Assembly (NCBI RefSeq): GCF_009914755.1
Contig: NC_060934.1
DNA: 64,000 bases
DNA from: the human T2T-CHM13v2.0 reference genome, Homo sapiens
Strand: one strand, 5' to 3'
Of the stretch, positions 61,304 through 64,000 are shown one piece after another. The number at the start of each line of letters is the position of its first letter. Positions within the stretch are counted from its first letter, which is position 1. The position numbers were made by a program, and so were the translations under genes. The notes beneath the pieces are model-generated. The model worked only from the letters and a program-made list of their open reading frames with translations. It did not search any database and had not been told where the DNA came from.

Positions 61304-62221
61304 CCCTAAATGTACCTTTCAAGACCACTTGAGAGGTCTTGAAAATCATTTATTCTCTTAAGCAATTTTTTGCAATTTGTTGATCTATTGATTGGCATGG
61401 TAAGTCTTTTTTGCATGGTTAGTGAAATAGTCAAATACAGGTTAGCATCCGCCTGAATTATCACAATATTCAGTATATTTGGATTTGAAATTAATAACAT
61501 TTTACTTTGTACATAATCATGTCCTACAAAGAGATGTAGTACCTGGCACTTAGTTTGTGTTCAAAAATCGTAGTTGGTCAGCTAAATGTAAAAGGGAATT
61601 CAGATCTCCCAACAGCTTCATCTGTTTACAAGCACAGCTAGATGTAGTTTGCCATCAGCTGGGTCTTGTTTTGAACGATCCCTTGGAGCTTAACTTTGCC
61701 TTTGCACATAGAGCCTGTTTGTACAAGATTATACAGAATCTGAGCAAATAAAACTTACTATTTGGCAAACCATGAATTTCTCTCCCACCTTTCACTCAGC
61801 AAGAATTGTCCCTCAGGGGCAATTGATTCCGATGTTGAAAATAATCAGTTTTTCTTTCATCTCTGAAGAAAAAATTACCTGTGTGTGCGAATTCAATTTC
61901 TAGGAAGTTAGATGTGGTAGTTGCTGTTTTTAATAAACAGTATTAACTGAAAATGATGAGAATCACCAGGGTGGCTGTGCCAATGAGAAAAACAGAGATA
62001 CGGGTGTCCAAGCAGCTGTGAACTTTATGGTGTGACCAGGTGGGTCTGCTGCAGCCCTGCTGGGACCTCAGGGGTAAGTTATTACAAGATAGGTGTGGCG
62101 TGAAGCTGTAGCTTCCTTCACCAGTATTGAATGCAGCATTGCATCCAAGGCATTCATTTAGCCATTCTTTAATTCAACTTAAAATACCTGTCAAGTGACA
62201 ACTATAGACCATCTACTAGAT

Positions 62222-62380
62222 CACTGTTACCAAAAGTGTGACCTATGGAGCATCCGTTGACCTGGGAGCTTGTTAGAAATGCAGAATTTCAGGTCCCACC
62301 CCAGTCCTCTGAATAAGAACCTGGATATTAACAAGATCTGTAAGTGATTCTCATGTCCATTAATATTTGACAAGCACTTG
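62222..62380. mobile_element. MER5A
   Basis: cctgggagcttgttagaaatgcagaat..caggtcccacccc. Confidence 0.75.
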
Positions 62381-63789
62381 GCCAGATGACAAGTGTTAAG
62401 AGCCAGGATCCTGTCAGGAGACAGATGATACATTTATTGAAGAGACTATTAATGAAAGTTAAGTTAGACTTACAGGAGGACACCAATAAGGAATGGTGAA
62501 GTGCCCTGGAACTAGTACCAGCAGGAAGTTGTTTCCATACCAGCAAGAGCTGTAGCTGTAGGAGAGGGCTATGCAGTAGAACCAATGGTCTTGGGTAGAA
62601 GAAAGCATTACCAAACTGTGCCTTGGCAAAGAGTGAGCTACAGGAGTAAATAGTCCAACCTTTCTCTCATTCTCCAGCCAGTGCCTCCCAACCCAATGCA
62701 AAGCTGGAAAGCAAGAAAGTCCAGTTGATGCAGTTGGTAAAGGTCAGGTGCCCAGGGCAGAGGGCACAGTGGGGAAAGGTAGAAAGTGTCTCTGGGTCGG
62801 GCCAGGGTAGGGGTGCCAACAGAAAATATCCATCACACCACCAAACATGGCCTTTAACGTCAATGAATTTGTTCTACAGAAGAACTTATATATGTATGGT
62901 TTAGAGGTGAAGATAACCTCTTTTGTTCCAACTTATACAAAAACTAGATTTTTCAAAGTGGCCTTGAATTTGATATTCTAGGATTCTCCCAGATCACTCT
63001 TTCACAAACTGAGCATATTTCTAAGCAAGTATTATGTCAAAGGTACACAAGTAGGCACTAAGAGAGAGATGGAAGTATTAAAGATGGTCTCTGCCTTCAA
63101 GAAATTTGCAATTTTAGGTAATCAGTGCTTCCTGTATAAAACTTTGCAGACAGGCTCACATATCAGCCAGAATCCAGTAAAGCAGTATTCTGAGTTGAGA
63201 CTCTGGAACTAGGCTGCAGGGTTTGAAACTCAGTCCTTACTTATACTAGCTGTGGATGTGCTGCCTAACTTCTCAGTATCTTTGTTTCCTCCTCTGTGAA
63301 GCTATGATGATAAAAATAATTACCTGCTTCAAAGGGTTGCTATGATGATTGTGAAGATTAAACGAATTAGTACACAAAAAGTATTTTTAGTGGTCATCAG
63401 CTAGCACACTGACAACCCTATACGTGTTAATTATTGAAAACTAAGAGAGAACTATGCCCCTAGGGGCAGAGGGTCTAAAAAGCAGAGTATCAGACTAATG
63501 ATATAAAGTTCCCTCTCTAAATTTATTAAAACATGTCAATTAAAGGAGAAAAACAAGGAGCAAATAATCACAGAGTTGGCACAAGAATAAGGAGGCATTG
63601 AAACACATAAGTTTGAGAAGCCCCGACCCCTGGTTACTTCCAGCCCCTAGACTCCATGCAATCCCTGTTTGAATGTCCTTAGAAGATTAAGAGTCTTTCA
63701 AAGGGGACAGGTTCTTAAAGAGCTTTCTGGTTCAGAGGAAAATGAAATGTAAATATAAAAATAGGAATGCTTTTAAGAAATGGAAGTTG

Positions 63790-64000
63790 GGGCCAGGTGC
63801 GGTGCTTCACGCCTGTAATCCCAGCACTTTGGGAGGCTGAGGCGGGCCGATCACAAGGTCAGGAGATCGAGACCATCCTGGCTAACACGGTGAAACCCCG
63901 TCTCTACTAAAAATGCAAAAAAAAAAAAAAAAAAAATTAGCTGGGCGTGGTGGCAGGCACCTGTAGTTCCAGCTACTTGGGAGGCTGAGGCAGGAGAATG
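63790..64000 (+). mobile_element. AluY (cut by the window end)
   Basis: gagatcgagaccatcctggctaacacgg. Confidence 0.88.

Overview
Primate, almost certainly human, genomic DNA that is repeat-rich and intron/intergenic in character. The minus strand carries the 5' end of XPNPEP1 (cytosolic aminopeptidase P): a CpG-island promoter with coding exon 1 (13254-13285, MAASRKPPRV/R) and exon 2 (4887-4975, VNHQDFQLRNLRIIEPNEVTHSGDTGVET). The remaining ~50 kb is upstream sequence towards ADD3 and probably contains the 3' part of the lncRNA ADD3-AS1 (recalled, not verified). About 30 Alus plus L1, L2, MaLR/ERV LTRs and MER/Tigger DNA transposons make up much of the window, and nearly all ORF-track entries are repeat artefacts. 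Two structures are not shown by the ORF track. (1) A heavily decayed, near full-length, intronless NAP1L1 retrocopy (about 690-2260, minus strand) lies in XPNPEP1 intron 2. It has an extra ~60-codon acidic N-terminal segment and is interrupted by MER5 and FLAM insertions, so it may be a dead intronic NAP1L retrogene. (2) A ~900-bp templated-insertion chain at 26160-27053 is built from three nearby segments (two inverted, one direct). Both the source and the copy of one segment later received independent AluY insertions ~20 bp apart. Several smaller template-switch scars were also found. All alignments were done by eye against remembered reference sequences; nothing was computed.
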